DNA of 64,000 nt from Candidatus Cloacimonadales bacterium (GCA_963662655.2 CAXXTU010000002.1:2016001-2080000), one strand, 5' to 3'; counted from the stretch's first letter, positions 49,855 through 61,022 are shown. Made by a program: numbers and translations. The notes: generated from the letters alone by a model not told the origin.

Positions 49855-52185
49855 TTACTCGTACTTTAGCGCTTTGACAGGATTGGACATCGCCGTAACG
49901 ATGGAATGAAAACTCACCGTCGCAACGGCGATAAGCAGCGAGAACAATCCGGACACAACGAATATCCCGATACCAATGGATGCTTTGTAAGCGAAGCTTT
50001 CCAGCCATTTCTGCATAAGCAGCCAAGCGAGAGGCCACGCGATGACGACCGATACGACGACCCATCTGCTGAAGCTTTTCGTCAGGAGATATGTAATACC
50101 TCCGATGCTGGCTCCAAGAACTTTGCGGATTCCGATCTCCTTCGTGCGCTGCTGCGTGATAAACGATGCCATGCCGAAAAGCCCGAGGCAGGAGATGATG
50201 ATCGCAAGTATGGTGAAACCGTGCAGCAGCTTGCTCAACTGCACATCGCTCTTGTAAGTAGCCTCGTAATCCGCATCCAGAAAGCTGTATTCGAAAGGAA
50301 AATCAGGCGCGAATTTGTCGCCGACCGCTTCGACCTTCGCAAGGATGCTCTCGATATCGGGCGAATTGAATTTGATGGCGATGTAGTTGTCCCACTCGGG
50401 AATCGCTAGGATCGCCAGAGGTTGCAGCGGTCGGTGTATCGACCAGTATTGGAAATCGTTCACAACGCCCACGATCACGCCGTCGGCAAACTGTTTGCCG
50501 ATGGGATCCTCCATGCCGGTCAAACGCAACGCCGTTTCGTTGATCACATACCCGAAGGGCTCGTCCTCGCCGTATGAGTTCTTGCGGTGGAATTCACCGA
50601 TGCTCATCGACAAACCGAAAGTTCTCAGGAAATCCCTGTCACCCGTAATAATGGGTAGCGACATCTCCCCCTCTTTGTTTCCATCCCACCCGCGGACACC
50701 GATGGACCACTTGGGACCAAGCCCAAGCTTGCTCGATGTGGTCGTGACGTTGAGGATCTCGGGGATATTCAGTAATTCCTCTTTAAACGATTCCAGCTTC
50801 TCGACATAGCTGTTGTTCAGCGGCAGATAAAGAACGTTCTCCCTGCTGAAACCGAGATCGTATTTCCGTGCATAACCGAGCTGCTTCGCCATAACCAGCG
50901 TGCAGAAAACAAGGATCGTCGCCATCGCGAACTGAAATACCACCAGCGCCGTGCGCATGACCGCGCTGCTTCGCTTGCGATTCCCCTTGATCGCCTCCAC
51001 AGGCTCGAACGACGACAAGAGGAACGCGGGGTATATTCCCGCAATGATACCGGTCAGCGCCGTGATTCCCATGATCAGTAGAACCAGGCCACCAGATAGT
51101 ATCGAAAACGAAAGCTCCTTGCCGGTGACCTCGTTGAAAAAGGGTGTGAGCAGCTCCGCAATTCCGATCGCGATGATCAACGAGAGAAACGACATCAACA
51201 GCGATTCACCGATGAATTGCAGACGCAACTGACTCCGCTCCGCGCCCGAAATTTTCCGAATGCCGATTTCGCGAGCCCTTTTCACCGAGCGGACAGTGGA
51301 GAGATTCATGAAGTTGATGCACGCCAGCATGAGAATAAATACCGCGATCGATGAGAAGACATACACATAAAGCATTGCACCCATGCTGCCGTCGAGCTCG
51401 TAAAGATGGATGTCAACCAGCGGTTGCAGGAAGAATTTCCTGCCCAGCTCAGGAATCATTTCGTCAAACATCGTATTGATGTCGGACTCCGTCTGCGAGG
51501 TTCCCGCTCCTTCTTTCAGCAGCACGAACGTGTTGTAGCCGAAATCGCCCCAATCGTCAGCGGGATAGCCGGTTATCTTGCTCATCGCGGAAAGCGGTAT
51601 CAGGAAATCGAACTGCAAATGACTTCTCGATGGCAGATCGTCGATGACGCCGGTCACCGTCATATCCATCTGTCGATCCACATCGATCACCTTACCCACA
51701 GGATTCTCCGATCCGAACAGGGTTTCAGCCGTATCGCGCGAGAGCACGATTGATTCGGGGCTGCTCAGCGCAGTGGCCGGATCGCCCCGGAGAAATTCGA
51801 AGGTGAAGATTTCGAACAGCTCCTCCGTGGAATAGCCCGGCTTGAACTTGATCGCGCTCTCGTCCCGTGCGAGCAGCACCATTCCTTCGCTGTAATAGCA
51901 CACGGCGTTTTCGATATCGGGATATTGATCGCGGATTGCCGGAGCCATGGGCGTGGGGGTTCGCCAGTGCTGCTTGCCTTCACCGTTGGAGATGTAGTTG
52001 AACACCACGCGGTAGATGCGGTCGGCGTTCTCGTGGAACCGGTCGTAGTTGTACTCATCCTGAACCCAGAGCAGAATCAGGATGCAAACGGCAAGTCCGC
52101 TGGCAAGCCCGACAATGTTGATGATGGAGAAAAGCTTCTGCCTCGTCATGTTCCTGAAGGCTATTTTGAGATAGTTGAAGAACAT
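49855..52185 (-). CDS. Duplicated MacB/FtsX-type ABC permease
   Basis: 'MFFNYLKIAFRN', 'ACINFMNL...REIGIRK', 'RTKEIGIRKVLGAS', 'NPVKALKYE'. Confidence 0.92.
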   Translation of the reverse strand: MFFNYLKIAFRNMTRQKLFSIINIVGLASGLAVCILILLWVQDEYNYDRFHENADRIYRVVFNYISNGEGKQHWRTPTPMAPAIRDQYPDIENAVCYYSEGMVLLARDESAIKFKPGYSTEELFEIFTFEFLRGDPATALSSPESIVLSRDTAETLFGSENPVGKVIDVDRQMDMTVTGVIDDLPSRSHLQFDFLIPLSAMSKITGYPADDWGDFGYNTFVLLKEGAGTSQTESDINTMFDEMIPELGRKFFLQPLVDIHLYELDGSMGAMLYVYVFSSIAVFILMLACINFMNLSTVRSVKRAREIGIRKISGAERSQLRLQFIGESLLMSFLSLIIAIGIAELLTPFFNEVTGKELSFSILSGGLVLLIMGITALTGIIAGIYPAFLLSSFEPVEAIKGNRKRSSAVMRTALVVFQFAMATILVFCTLVMAKQLGYARKYDLGFSRENVLYLPLNNSYVEKLESFKEELLNIPEILNVTTTSSKLGLGPKWSIGVRGWDGNKEGEMSLPIITGDRDFLRTFGLSMSIGEFHRKNSYGEDEPFGYVINETALRLTGMEDPIGKQFADGVIVGVVNDFQYWSIHRPLQPLAILAIPEWDNYIAIKFNSPDIESILAKVEAVGDKFAPDFPFEYSFLDADYEATYKSDVQLSKLLHGFTILAIIISCLGLFGMASFITQQRTKEIGIRKVLGASIGGITYLLTKSFSRWVVVSVVIAWPLAWLLMQKWLESFAYKASIGIGIFVVSGLFSLLIAVATVSFHSIVTAMSNPVKALKYE

Positions 52186-52241
52186 AGATGACTCCCCCTT
52201 GCGGAAAGCTCGTGAATTCATGTTTATTGAAGAAATGAATT

Positions 52242-52257
52242 TGCATTTCCCATGCCA
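52242..52257 (-). promoter_or_regulatory. Putative sigma54 (-24/-12) promoter of the ABC permease
   Basis: Minus strand TGGCATGGGAAATGCA gives GG-N10-GC. TGTTCG/CGAACA half-sites lie upstream at 52297-52355. Confidence 0.55.
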
Positions 52258-52458
52258 GTGTATCGCTACTCGATAACGCAATTTACATGATCATTGTGTT
52301 CGCTTTGGCCACTGCCCGTACGAGTACGAACAGTGAAGGTAAACGGTGTTCGGGCAATCGCGCAGGCAGCCGAGCAAATCCTGTATGTTTTTCTTGACAG
52401 CGCTTTCGCGTCATTCATGCTACTTTATTGCTGGAAGCTCCTATAAATATTGTAAGGA

Positions 52459-55400
52459 ATGACCATGAGACAACTCGTCCCGCATTATATTCTCGAAAAC
52501 GCCGCAGAGTCAAGATACAGCGGCAGCTTTCAAGCCTGCACCATGTTCATCGATGTGTCCGGCTTCACCCAAATGACACATGCGCTGATGAAAAACGGCA
52601 AGGAAGGCGCGGAAATCCTCACGGATATCATCAATCGGGTATTCACCCCCGCTATCGATACAATATACAACCATCGTGGCTTCGTGTCCACGTTTGCCGG
52701 CGACGCCTTCACCGCCATTTTCCCACTCGATCAGACGGACGAAATCGCACCGGCGATGTCCGCAACGCAAATCCTGCAAACGTTCGAAGTCATCGGAGAA
52801 CAGCAGACCCGTTTCGGGACATTCAATCTTTCGGTCAAAATTGGCATCTCGAAAGGCGAAGTCGAGTGGAAGACCGTCCAAAGCGACGAGCAGAATTCAT
52901 TTTTCTTCCGTGGCACAGCGATTGATGGCGCGGCGGCGTGTGAGAAGAAATGCTCGGTTGGAAATGCAATCCTCGATTTCCCGATTCAGGATTCCCGCCT
53001 TCTCGTCCATTCACATGGAGAAGGTTTTTACCGGATCGAGTACGTTTCGGAGATCATCGCTAACAACGTTCGGGTCACAGCCGCAATGACCGATGGCCTG
53101 GATCGATTCGCTCCTCGCGCCGTACTGAGTCTCACCATTCCGGGAGAATTCCGCGACATCGTGTCGCTCTTCGTCTCCTTCGACGAAAGGTGCGAACTTG
53201 CGCACACCCTGCCCGAGATGATTCGCCTGACCATGCAGTACGGCGGATATTTCAACAAGATCGATTTCGGCGATAAGGGCGGCATCGCGTTAATCCTCTT
53301 CGGTGCGCCGGTTGGACGAGAAAAGATGTTTGCCCGGGCCTGCGATTGCGCGCTCGCTCTTCGCCAAATCCCCGGGATGCGACTGCGGATCGGAATGACG
53401 TTCGGCACTGCGTTCACCGGATTTGTCGGCAGCAAAACCCGTTGCGAATACACCGCATTGGGCATGGTGGTGAATCTTTCGGCCCGTTTCGCGATGGGAG
53501 CCCAGTGGAGTGAGATATACGTCGATCGCTACTTTGCGGCGAATCTCTCGCAGGATTATCAGATCGATTTCATCGATGAGAGGGCGTTCAAGGGATTCCC
53601 GGAGGCGATTCCGGTGTACTCGTTGAAGCAGCGGATCAAGCGCAAGCAACAGGTGAAGTTTACCGGGAGCTTCGTGGGTCGCAAGGGCGAAATCGCGAGA
53701 CTGGAGGAATTTCTTGAGCCGCTTGGCAACCATAGATTCGGCGGAATCATCTACCTCGATGGCGCAGCTGGAACCGGCAAAAGCAGGATTGTTCATGAGC
53801 TGTCGAGTCACATGGACGAGTTCCGCTGGATCGACATGCCGTGCGACGGCATCCTGCGGAAAAGCTTCAATCCGGTCCAGCATTTCCTGGAGATATGGTT
53901 CGAGCAAGACGAGTACAGCTCTCCCGAGGTCAACCGCGTGACGTTCGATCGCCTCTTCGATGCCTTTCTCAAGCAGGTGATCGACCAGGGAATTCGCAAC
54001 GAGCTTCAACGCACACGGTCGGTAATCGGCGGCTTGCTTGGGCTTCAATGGGAGAACTCGCTCTACGAGCAACTCGATGCCCGTGGACGCTACGAGAACA
54101 CCCTCTACGCGCTCAAGACACTCATCATCGCCATCAGCAACCTGAATCCGCTCGTCATCGTTTTCGATGACGCCCACTACATGGACCCCGACACCATTAA
54201 CTGGCTTAAAACCCTCACCAGAAACGTGAATGACGAATCGTTCGCAATCATCCTGCCGTGTCGCTTTCAGGATAACGGAGCGTCCTGCGATTACTCGATC
54301 GAATCAGAGAGAAACCATCGCGTTCAGATCGATAACCTCGACGAGAAGACGGCGCTGGAAATGGTCGCCAGATTCTTCGGGAAAGCCGTCAAGGATATCC
54401 CATCGTCCACCTTCAGGCTCGTATGGAGTAAGAGCTCTGGAAACCCCTTCTACATCGAGCAGATATTGCTCTATCTGCAAGAAAACGATCTGGTCTCGGA
54501 AAATCTAACGCTGAACGAAAGCAATATCGATATCCCTTCGAAAATCAACGAAATCATCATCGCGCGTGTCGATCGCCTGACCGGACAGGTGCGGCAGGCC
54601 GTACAGACCGCGTCCGTTCTGGGCAGGGAATTTCCGGTAAACATCCTTTCGAAAATGCTTCTTTCCTTCACCAGAGCCATTGAGGGTGGCGAGTTTGAAG
54701 ACATCGTCGAAGAGGCCAGACGAGAGAACATCTGGCTGCCGCTTCAAAAACTGCGTTACATCTTCAGCAACACCCTGATTCGGGAGGTTGTTTACGGCAC
54801 TCAACTCAAACAGCGTTTGCGCGATTTGCACAAGCTCGCCGCAGAGACGATCCGGGAGGCATTCGCAGCGGACATCGAGCAACATTTCAGCGATCTGGCT
54901 TTCCACTACGAGCACGCCGAAATCAACGCCATAGCAATCGAATACCTCGAAAAGGCGTCCAACCATGCCAAACGCAATTACCAAAACGATGCCGCATTGC
55001 AGTTCCGCACCCGGCAAATCAAGCTGTTCCAGGAAGTCCTGTCCGATCTGGCAGAAGACGAACATCCCACAAGCGTGCAGCAGAAACAGGTGGGAATGCT
55101 GATTCTGGCGCTGCTCGAAGCGAAGTACTTTCACCAGGTTCTCGGACACATCGACGAAGCAAACGCCGCAGTGGAAAGAGCATCCGGGATTGCCCATAAA
55201 TGGGGGTCCAGGCTGGATATTGCCAAGACCGATCTCGACAAGGCCAACCTGCTCAAGCTGAGTGGTAAATACGATGAATGTGAATCGCTGTTGCAGGAGG
55301 CATTGTCCCTCTTCAAACAAGAAAACGAGCTGAAAATGATGGGACTTACCTACCTCGAACTCGGAGTGCTTAGCTTCTGGCAGGGGAAGCAGAAAGACGC

Positions 55401-56109
55401 ATTCGCATACTTCGAACAGGAACTGGGAGCGTTCGAGCAACTCGGAGAACCATTGCGGGTCGCGGAAGCGCTGGGCAACCTCGGTGTCGTCTATCGCTAT
55501 ACCGGCGATTTCGAGAAGTCGACGGAGTACCTCAAGAAGCAACTGGGCATCGCCGAAAAACAGGGTGACAAGATTCAGATATCGCGTACCCTGGGCAATC
55601 TCGGCTGGGTGCTGGATGGGCAGGAGAAGTATCGCGAGGCCCTCGATTTTTACCGTAAAGCCCTGAAGATCAACCGGGAACTCGGTCTCAAGAGCGAAAT
55701 GATTCGCATGCTGGACAACATCGGCTACGTCTTGCAGTGTATCGGCGAGTACGCCCAAGCGCTCGTGCATCACCAGAGCGCCCTGGAATTTGCCCGTGAA
55801 ACCAACGATATCGAGTCGCTGATCAACATCCACGCCAACATGGCGCTCGCAAGCAAGCTTTCCAGTGACACAAGAAACGCCCACAAGCACTTCGAGATGG
55901 GCCTGGCGCTGATCGAGCAATACGGAATGACTCATTCTCTCCCCGAATTTCTCATCGAAAAAGCCGACCTCCTTCTCACGGAGGGCAAGCGCGACGAAGC
56001 GACGAAGCTCGCGCGCGAAGGTCTGCAAAAGGCGGAAGAGATCAACAACGCTGAATTCGTGGAAAAAGGGAAAAAACTGCTGGAGAAGATCGGCCCAGAT
56101 TCCAAGTAA
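52459..56109 (+). CDS. Soluble-adenylyl-cyclase-like protein: tandem class III cyclase domains, STAND ATPase, TPRs
   Basis: 'FIDVSGFT', 'FAGDA', 'NKIDFGDKG', 'YTALGMVVNLSAR', 'FVGR..E', 'GAAGTGKS', 'VFDDAH', 'GNPFY', 'ASVLG', C-terminal TPRs. Confidence 0.9.
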   Translation: MTMRQLVPHYILENAAESRYSGSFQACTMFIDVSGFTQMTHALMKNGKEGAEILTDIINRVFTPAIDTIYNHRGFVSTFAGDAFTAIFPLDQTDEIAPAMSATQILQTFEVIGEQQTRFGTFNLSVKIGISKGEVEWKTVQSDEQNSFFFRGTAIDGAAACEKKCSVGNAILDFPIQDSRLLVHSHGEGFYRIEYVSEIIANNVRVTAAMTDGLDRFAPRAVLSLTIPGEFRDIVSLFVSFDERCELAHTLPEMIRLTMQYGGYFNKIDFGDKGGIALILFGAPVGREKMFARACDCALALRQIPGMRLRIGMTFGTAFTGFVGSKTRCEYTALGMVVNLSARFAMGAQWSEIYVDRYFAANLSQDYQIDFIDERAFKGFPEAIPVYSLKQRIKRKQQVKFTGSFVGRKGEIARLEEFLEPLGNHRFGGIIYLDGAAGTGKSRIVHELSSHMDEFRWIDMPCDGILRKSFNPVQHFLEIWFEQDEYSSPEVNRVTFDRLFDAFLKQVIDQGIRNELQRTRSVIGGLLGLQWENSLYEQLDARGRYENTLYALKTLIIAISNLNPLVIVFDDAHYMDPDTINWLKTLTRNVNDESFAIILPCRFQDNGASCDYSIESERNHRVQIDNLDEKTALEMVARFFGKAVKDIPSSTFRLVWSKSSGNPFYIEQILLYLQENDLVSENLTLNESNIDIPSKINEIIIARVDRLTGQVRQAVQTASVLGREFPVNILSKMLLSFTRAIEGGEFEDIVEEARRENIWLPLQKLRYIFSNTLIREVVYGTQLKQRLRDLHKLAAETIREAFAADIEQHFSDLAFHYEHAEINAIAIEYLEKASNHAKRNYQNDAALQFRTRQIKLFQEVLSDLAEDEHPTSVQQKQVGMLILALLEAKYFHQVLGHIDEANAAVERASGIAHKWGSRLDIAKTDLDKANLLKLSGKYDECESLLQEALSLFKQENELKMMGLTYLELGVLSFWQGKQKDAFAYFEQELGAFEQLGEPLRVAEALGNLGVVYRYTGDFEKSTEYLKKQLGIAEKQGDKIQISRTLGNLGWVLDGQEKYREALDFYRKALKINRELGLKSEMIRMLDNIGYVLQCIGEYAQALVHHQSALEFARETNDIESLINIHANMALASKLSSDTRNAHKHFEMGLALIEQYGMTHSLPEFLIEKADLLLTEGKRDEATKLAREGLQKAEEINNAEFVEKGKKLLEKIGPDSK

Positions 56110-56370
56110 ACAGCATTTCATTCGCTCCAGTTAAGGATAAATCCACTCACGGCGTCTCGCGCCAAAGGACATTTTCATGTCCAGCTTCAGGTGTTTTTTT
56201 TCATCTCTTTCATTTGAAATGGAATTGAGAGAGAAAATACTGACTTCGGCTCAATAATTTACTTTACAATCTGTAATTCCCAGTGCAAGATGGAACTATA
56301 TCGTTGAATTTATAGATCATACAAGAGTCTAATATTCTCCTACAACATATTGAAGAATCAGGGAGGCTAC

Positions 56371-59283
56371 ATGGTAAAAGGAGTATTTGCTTTTTTGCTT
56401 ATCCTTTGTTGCGGAGTCTTGTCCGCGCAACTAAGCGGTTCTTATTCCATCGATCCCTCGGGAGATTTCACGACCCTTTACGCCGCGATCCAGGCGCTGA
56501 ACACACAAGGCGTCGGTAGTGGCGGGGTAACATTCAATCTCACGGCAGGACACACCTATGATGAAGGTAACTACTACGAGGCGTTGACGGTTCAAGGATC
56601 GGAAACCAGTCCCATTGTGTTTCGCAATGCCGGAGTTCCAGGCGTTAACAATCCCGTCCTGACCCGTACGGGATTGGGCACCAACACTTACGGTATTCTC
56701 ATCGACGGAGGTGAATGGATCACCTTCGACGGACTGGACATTCAGTGTACAGCAACAAGCGACATGCCGCGGATGGAGATCGGTTACTGGATCGATAACG
56801 GAGCGAATCACATCACAATTAAAAACTGCACCGTTGCCCTGAGCGCCGAGAACACCAACGAAACCGAAGGCATCAAGTGCGGAACCTACACAACCACCGA
56901 TTCAGGCTACATGCACGACCTCCGCTTCGTCAACAACGTGATTCGTGACTGCTATCATGGGTACTGGATATGCGGCAACAACCTCTACTGCATCGACAAT
57001 CTGTTCATCGGCACCGAGAACGGCGGCGAGCACATCGTTGAGTTCTCGGAATTCCCGAACCAGACCTACCCCTGCGCGGTTAATGTACTGAATACCAACG
57101 GTTTCGTTATCTCCGATATCGAAGTGACCTCCAGTGTTCCCGCGACGTATCTGAGCGACATCGTTATCGAAGGAATCAGCGTGGGAAGCGATTGCCACGA
57201 TTTCGAAATCTCGGGTTGCGAAATCCACGATATCCGTTGCGGAGCCTCGATCAGGGCAATCATGATTTACGGCTACGATGGCGACATTTACGGCAATCGT
57301 ATCTACAACCTCCGTTCATCCAACACAGTGACCGACCGCCAGGTTATCGGCGTGGAGATCATGGCGATCAACGAGATATACAACAACATGATCTGGGGAC
57401 TGGAAGCTCCCAATTCGAGAAACAATATCGATGGCGCGGTCATCGGCATCCATGTGAAATGGGGCGTTGGGCACATTTACTACAACACGATTCTGCTCGA
57501 TTACGATATTTTCTCCATGGGCGGTCACGCTAGTTTCTGCTGCTACCTGAACGGGTACGGCGATCTTCGCAACAACATCTTCGTGAACAACACGTCCGTC
57601 GATGTTCTCAGCTATCCCGATTACAGTTCCATCGCCGTGCTGGGATCCACGCAAACGAACCCCGCCACACGGCTGCAAGCCACCACGAACAACAATATCT
57701 ATTACGCCGGTGTGCCGGACGCTCTTCATGCCATCTTCTACAAGAACTACCTGAACAAGCTGATCACACTGGAAGACTATAAAACGCAAGTCAATCCTAT
57801 GGACGCCAATACGCTGTCCGAGTTCCCGGCGTTTGTCAGCAGTGCCTACCCTGTCGATCTGCACATCTCGGCATCAGCCGTAACCAGCGTCGAAAGCAAT
57901 GCCTTCCCCGTGGTTGGCGTCACCACAGACATCGATGGCGACACGCGGGATTACTCTCACTCCGATATCGGAGCTGATGAAGGAGACTTCCTGGAATCCG
58001 GAGGTGGCGGAGGCGGAACTGGAACCGGCGGCTACTACTTTGCAAGCACGTTCGGGGGAACCGTGGCTTTCGACTGGCAATTGCCGATCGCTCCGTCCGA
58101 AGTCCTCGGCCTTACCGACGACTCATGGTCGGGCTGGATCGCACTGCCTTTCACCTTCCGATTCTACGGGATCGACTACGATCAGTTCGGCATCAACTCC
58201 AACGGCGTAATCACCCTCTTCGAGGAATCCTCATCGCCCTTTAACCTGCCCATTCCCTACTCTGTGGGCACAACGGGATTCATTGCGTGGTTCTGGGACG
58301 ATCTGGACCCGAGCAATTCCGCTCCCGGCGAAACCAGCATCCAGTACGGCCTGAACGATAACGGTAACTTCGTTGTCACCTTTACCCGTTACCCGGTGAA
58401 AGACGCCGACGCGAACGGCTGGATCACCGCGCAGGTCGTTCTGTACAACGACCCGGGCGAGGACAACGATCGCATCCTCTTCCAGTACGATGATCATGGA
58501 AGCAGCATGCCGCTCGATTCGTGCACCATCGGTATCGAAAGCCACAGCGGGATCGAGGGCATCCAGTATCACTACAACGGTACCGGTGGCTCGATTTTCT
58601 CGGGAGGAAGAGCTCCCCTCGCGATCATGTTCGGGGTCGACGACTCGACGCTCCCCGTCACCATGTCATCCTTCACGGCTACGACAACCGCGGAATCGTA
58701 TGTGCAACTCGACTGGATTACCCAAAGCGAGAGCAACATGGTGGGATACCATGTCCAGCGCAATCAAGAGGATAACCTGGACTTTGCAATGAGGTTGACC
58801 ACCTCTCCCATCACAGCGATCAATCAACCTTCCGAGACAGCGTATCGCTTCGTCGATGACGACGTCAACGAGGGAAGCACATACTGGTACTGGCTTGAAA
58901 GCATCGAGATGGATGGAACCACCCGTTTCTTCGGACCGGTCACTGTCGCCATCGATGAGGAGACTCAGGAACAGCCACCGGCGTACTTCGAATCGACGAC
59001 CCTCAAGGGGAATTTCCCGAACCCGTTCAACCCCGAGACGACCATTCGATACAGCCTGAGCGGTACGGAGAATGAACCGGAAAACATAACGATTGCCATT
59101 TATAACACAAAAGGGCAGAAAATCCGCACGCTGATCGACGGACCGGAGGAACCCGGCGAAGAGAAATCGATTGCATGGAATGGCAGAGACGACCAGGGAA
59201 GAATCGTCGCCAGCGGCGTTTACTTCATTCGCATGAAAACGGATAATCACGCCGAGACGCGCAAAGCGCTGCTCATGAAATAG
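56371..59283 (+). CDS. Secreted beta-helix surface protein with a C-terminal sorting domain
   Basis: Signal peptide, 'LSGSYSI..SGDFTTL..AI..LN..GV', 'DIGADE', 'TLPVTMSSF', 'FPNPFNP...KALLMK'. Confidence 0.85.
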   Translation: MVKGVFAFLLILCCGVLSAQLSGSYSIDPSGDFTTLYAAIQALNTQGVGSGGVTFNLTAGHTYDEGNYYEALTVQGSETSPIVFRNAGVPGVNNPVLTRTGLGTNTYGILIDGGEWITFDGLDIQCTATSDMPRMEIGYWIDNGANHITIKNCTVALSAENTNETEGIKCGTYTTTDSGYMHDLRFVNNVIRDCYHGYWICGNNLYCIDNLFIGTENGGEHIVEFSEFPNQTYPCAVNVLNTNGFVISDIEVTSSVPATYLSDIVIEGISVGSDCHDFEISGCEIHDIRCGASIRAIMIYGYDGDIYGNRIYNLRSSNTVTDRQVIGVEIMAINEIYNNMIWGLEAPNSRNNIDGAVIGIHVKWGVGHIYYNTILLDYDIFSMGGHASFCCYLNGYGDLRNNIFVNNTSVDVLSYPDYSSIAVLGSTQTNPATRLQATTNNNIYYAGVPDALHAIFYKNYLNKLITLEDYKTQVNPMDANTLSEFPAFVSSAYPVDLHISASAVTSVESNAFPVVGVTTDIDGDTRDYSHSDIGADEGDFLESGGGGGGTGTGGYYFASTFGGTVAFDWQLPIAPSEVLGLTDDSWSGWIALPFTFRFYGIDYDQFGINSNGVITLFEESSSPFNLPIPYSVGTTGFIAWFWDDLDPSNSAPGETSIQYGLNDNGNFVVTFTRYPVKDADANGWITAQVVLYNDPGEDNDRILFQYDDHGSSMPLDSCTIGIESHSGIEGIQYHYNGTGGSIFSGGRAPLAIMFGVDDSTLPVTMSSFTATTTAESYVQLDWITQSESNMVGYHVQRNQEDNLDFAMRLTTSPITAINQPSETAYRFVDDDVNEGSTYWYWLESIEMDGTTRFFGPVTVAIDEETQEQPPAYFESTTLKGNFPNPFNPETTIRYSLSGTENEPENITIAIYNTKGQKIRTLIDGPEEPGEEKSIAWNGRDDQGRIVASGVYFIRMKTDNHAETRKALLMK

Positions 59284-59301
59284 AGGTTTTCTGAAAAAAT
59301 C

Positions 59302-59330
59302 AAGCCGCCCGATCGTGGGCGGCTTTTTTT
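59302..59330 (+). terminator. Intrinsic terminator
   Basis: AAGCCGCCC / GGGCGGCTT followed by a T-tract. Confidence 0.85.
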
Positions 59331-59445
59331 AAATTGAAGACATATTTGAAAATCGCGCTTAATCTCCTCAAGAAAAGCAAGACGGGCTTGACAGAATCAG
59401 ACAGATACCTCCAACTTATCTTCATTATTCTCAATTGGAGACAGA

Positions 59446-60921
59446 ATGAAGCGATTTATGATTCTTATCGTAGCGATGCTCATGCTTATAGGCGTTATCC
59501 ATGCTAATGGCAAAATGGAAGAGCGTTATTATAAACGGCAGGAAGGAATCAATCAGTCCTTTTCGGAATACTACTACACGAACTTCGATCTCATATACGG
59601 ATTGGACGCTCCAACGTATCTACACGTGATGGATTCTCTGCAAGCGGATTTCGATTCGCTGATCGTATCATTCAGAGAAGACTATCCAGATAGCCATCAG
59701 GCCTTTTTCGATCTGGAGAAACAGAACATACGCTACAGCTTCGATAACTTCATCGTAATGTACCCCTACTACCACCAGCGGATAGCCGGAACGGGCTCGC
59801 TGATCAATGATGAAATCGAGCAAAGACTTGAGAACGATATCGCTAAAATCAACCATCCGGCTTTACTGGCGAACGAAAGTTTCCGTGATTTTACGCGCTC
59901 CTATCTTTATATTAAAACGAAGATCGCCCTTGTGGATCCAGCCTATCAGAAAAGCGACAACCAGCAACTCAAGGCGACTCTGGATGCCATAAGCCAATGG
60001 ATCGACAATCGCGAAGTTGCCGAATACTACAACACCGATTACCTCCGCGACCACATCGACCGGTTCGGGATCAAGAACATCGATGCATGGGTCGATGCCT
60101 GCCCCGATTCGGCCGTTCACGCCATGTACGAGCAGGAACGCATGGGGAGAGAAGGGCACCGGATCGAGACTTACAAGACGGTGGACGGCTTCGATCTCGA
60201 CCTCCATATTTTCCTGCCCGAGCAAGCCGAACAGTCAGAGAAACACCCGGCGATGGTTTACTTCCACGGCGGCAGCTGGACAGAAGGAAAACCGGACTGG
60301 TCTTTCCCCGCCTGTGGATATTATGCGAAAAAAGGATGGATCGGCATCGCTGTGGAATATCGCATCAGTCAACGACACGGATCATTGCCCTTCGAATCGG
60401 TTATGGACGCTAAATCCGCCATCCGCTGGCTTAGATCCCACGCCGAAGAACTGAACCTCGACGCGGACAGTATCGTTGTTTCAGGAAACAGCGCTGGCGG
60501 TCACCTCGCGATGGCCTGTGCAATGGTGGAAAACTGGAACGATCCGCAGGATGATCTCCGCTTTAACTCCGTTCCTGACCTGATTTTGATTAACTCCGGA
60601 GTTTACGACCTTACGGATGTCAACAACTGGATCCGGCAGGGTTTACGAGAACGGGGAAAAGATGAGGAACTTGTTCGCGAAATTTCTCCTTTATATCTCG
60701 TCAGGGAGAAGTTACCGCCCATGTTGATCATCCATGGTGAACAGGACCGCAATATTTCATTTCAATCGGCCAGTACATTTGCCGGGAAAATGACTCAACG
60801 GGGCAATCAGATCGAGTTCCACGCCATTCCGAACGCGAATCATTTTATCTGGTTCGGCCCATACGCCCAGCAAGTAGCATCCATTAGAAAAGCCTTTTTG
60901 AAAAAACATGGATATGAATAG
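59446..60921 (+). CDS. Secreted alpha/beta hydrolase (HSL-type esterase) with an N-terminal extension
   Basis: 'FHGGSW', 'GNSAGGHLA', 'HGEQD', 'ANH'. Signal peptide. Confidence 0.85.
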   Translation: MKRFMILIVAMLMLIGVIHANGKMEERYYKRQEGINQSFSEYYYTNFDLIYGLDAPTYLHVMDSLQADFDSLIVSFREDYPDSHQAFFDLEKQNIRYSFDNFIVMYPYYHQRIAGTGSLINDEIEQRLENDIAKINHPALLANESFRDFTRSYLYIKTKIALVDPAYQKSDNQQLKATLDAISQWIDNREVAEYYNTDYLRDHIDRFGIKNIDAWVDACPDSAVHAMYEQERMGREGHRIETYKTVDGFDLDLHIFLPEQAEQSEKHPAMVYFHGGSWTEGKPDWSFPACGYYAKKGWIGIAVEYRISQRHGSLPFESVMDAKSAIRWLRSHAEELNLDADSIVVSGNSAGGHLAMACAMVENWNDPQDDLRFNSVPDLILINSGVYDLTDVNNWIRQGLRERGKDEELVREISPLYLVREKLPPMLIIHGEQDRNISFQSASTFAGKMTQRGNQIEFHAIPNANHFIWFGPYAQQVASIRKAFLKKHGYE

Positions 60922-61022
60922 CGCCATACAGCAATCGTGCAAAAGACTTTGATATCTGTCTTGTTATAGAAAAAGGCTCTATTGCAAATCTGGTGGGTTA
61001 TTGTATCTCAGCCCTTCCTTAA

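Noticed and set aside
54505..56121. 538-aa minus-strand ORF
   Set aside because: Antisense shadow of the cyclase-TPR gene.
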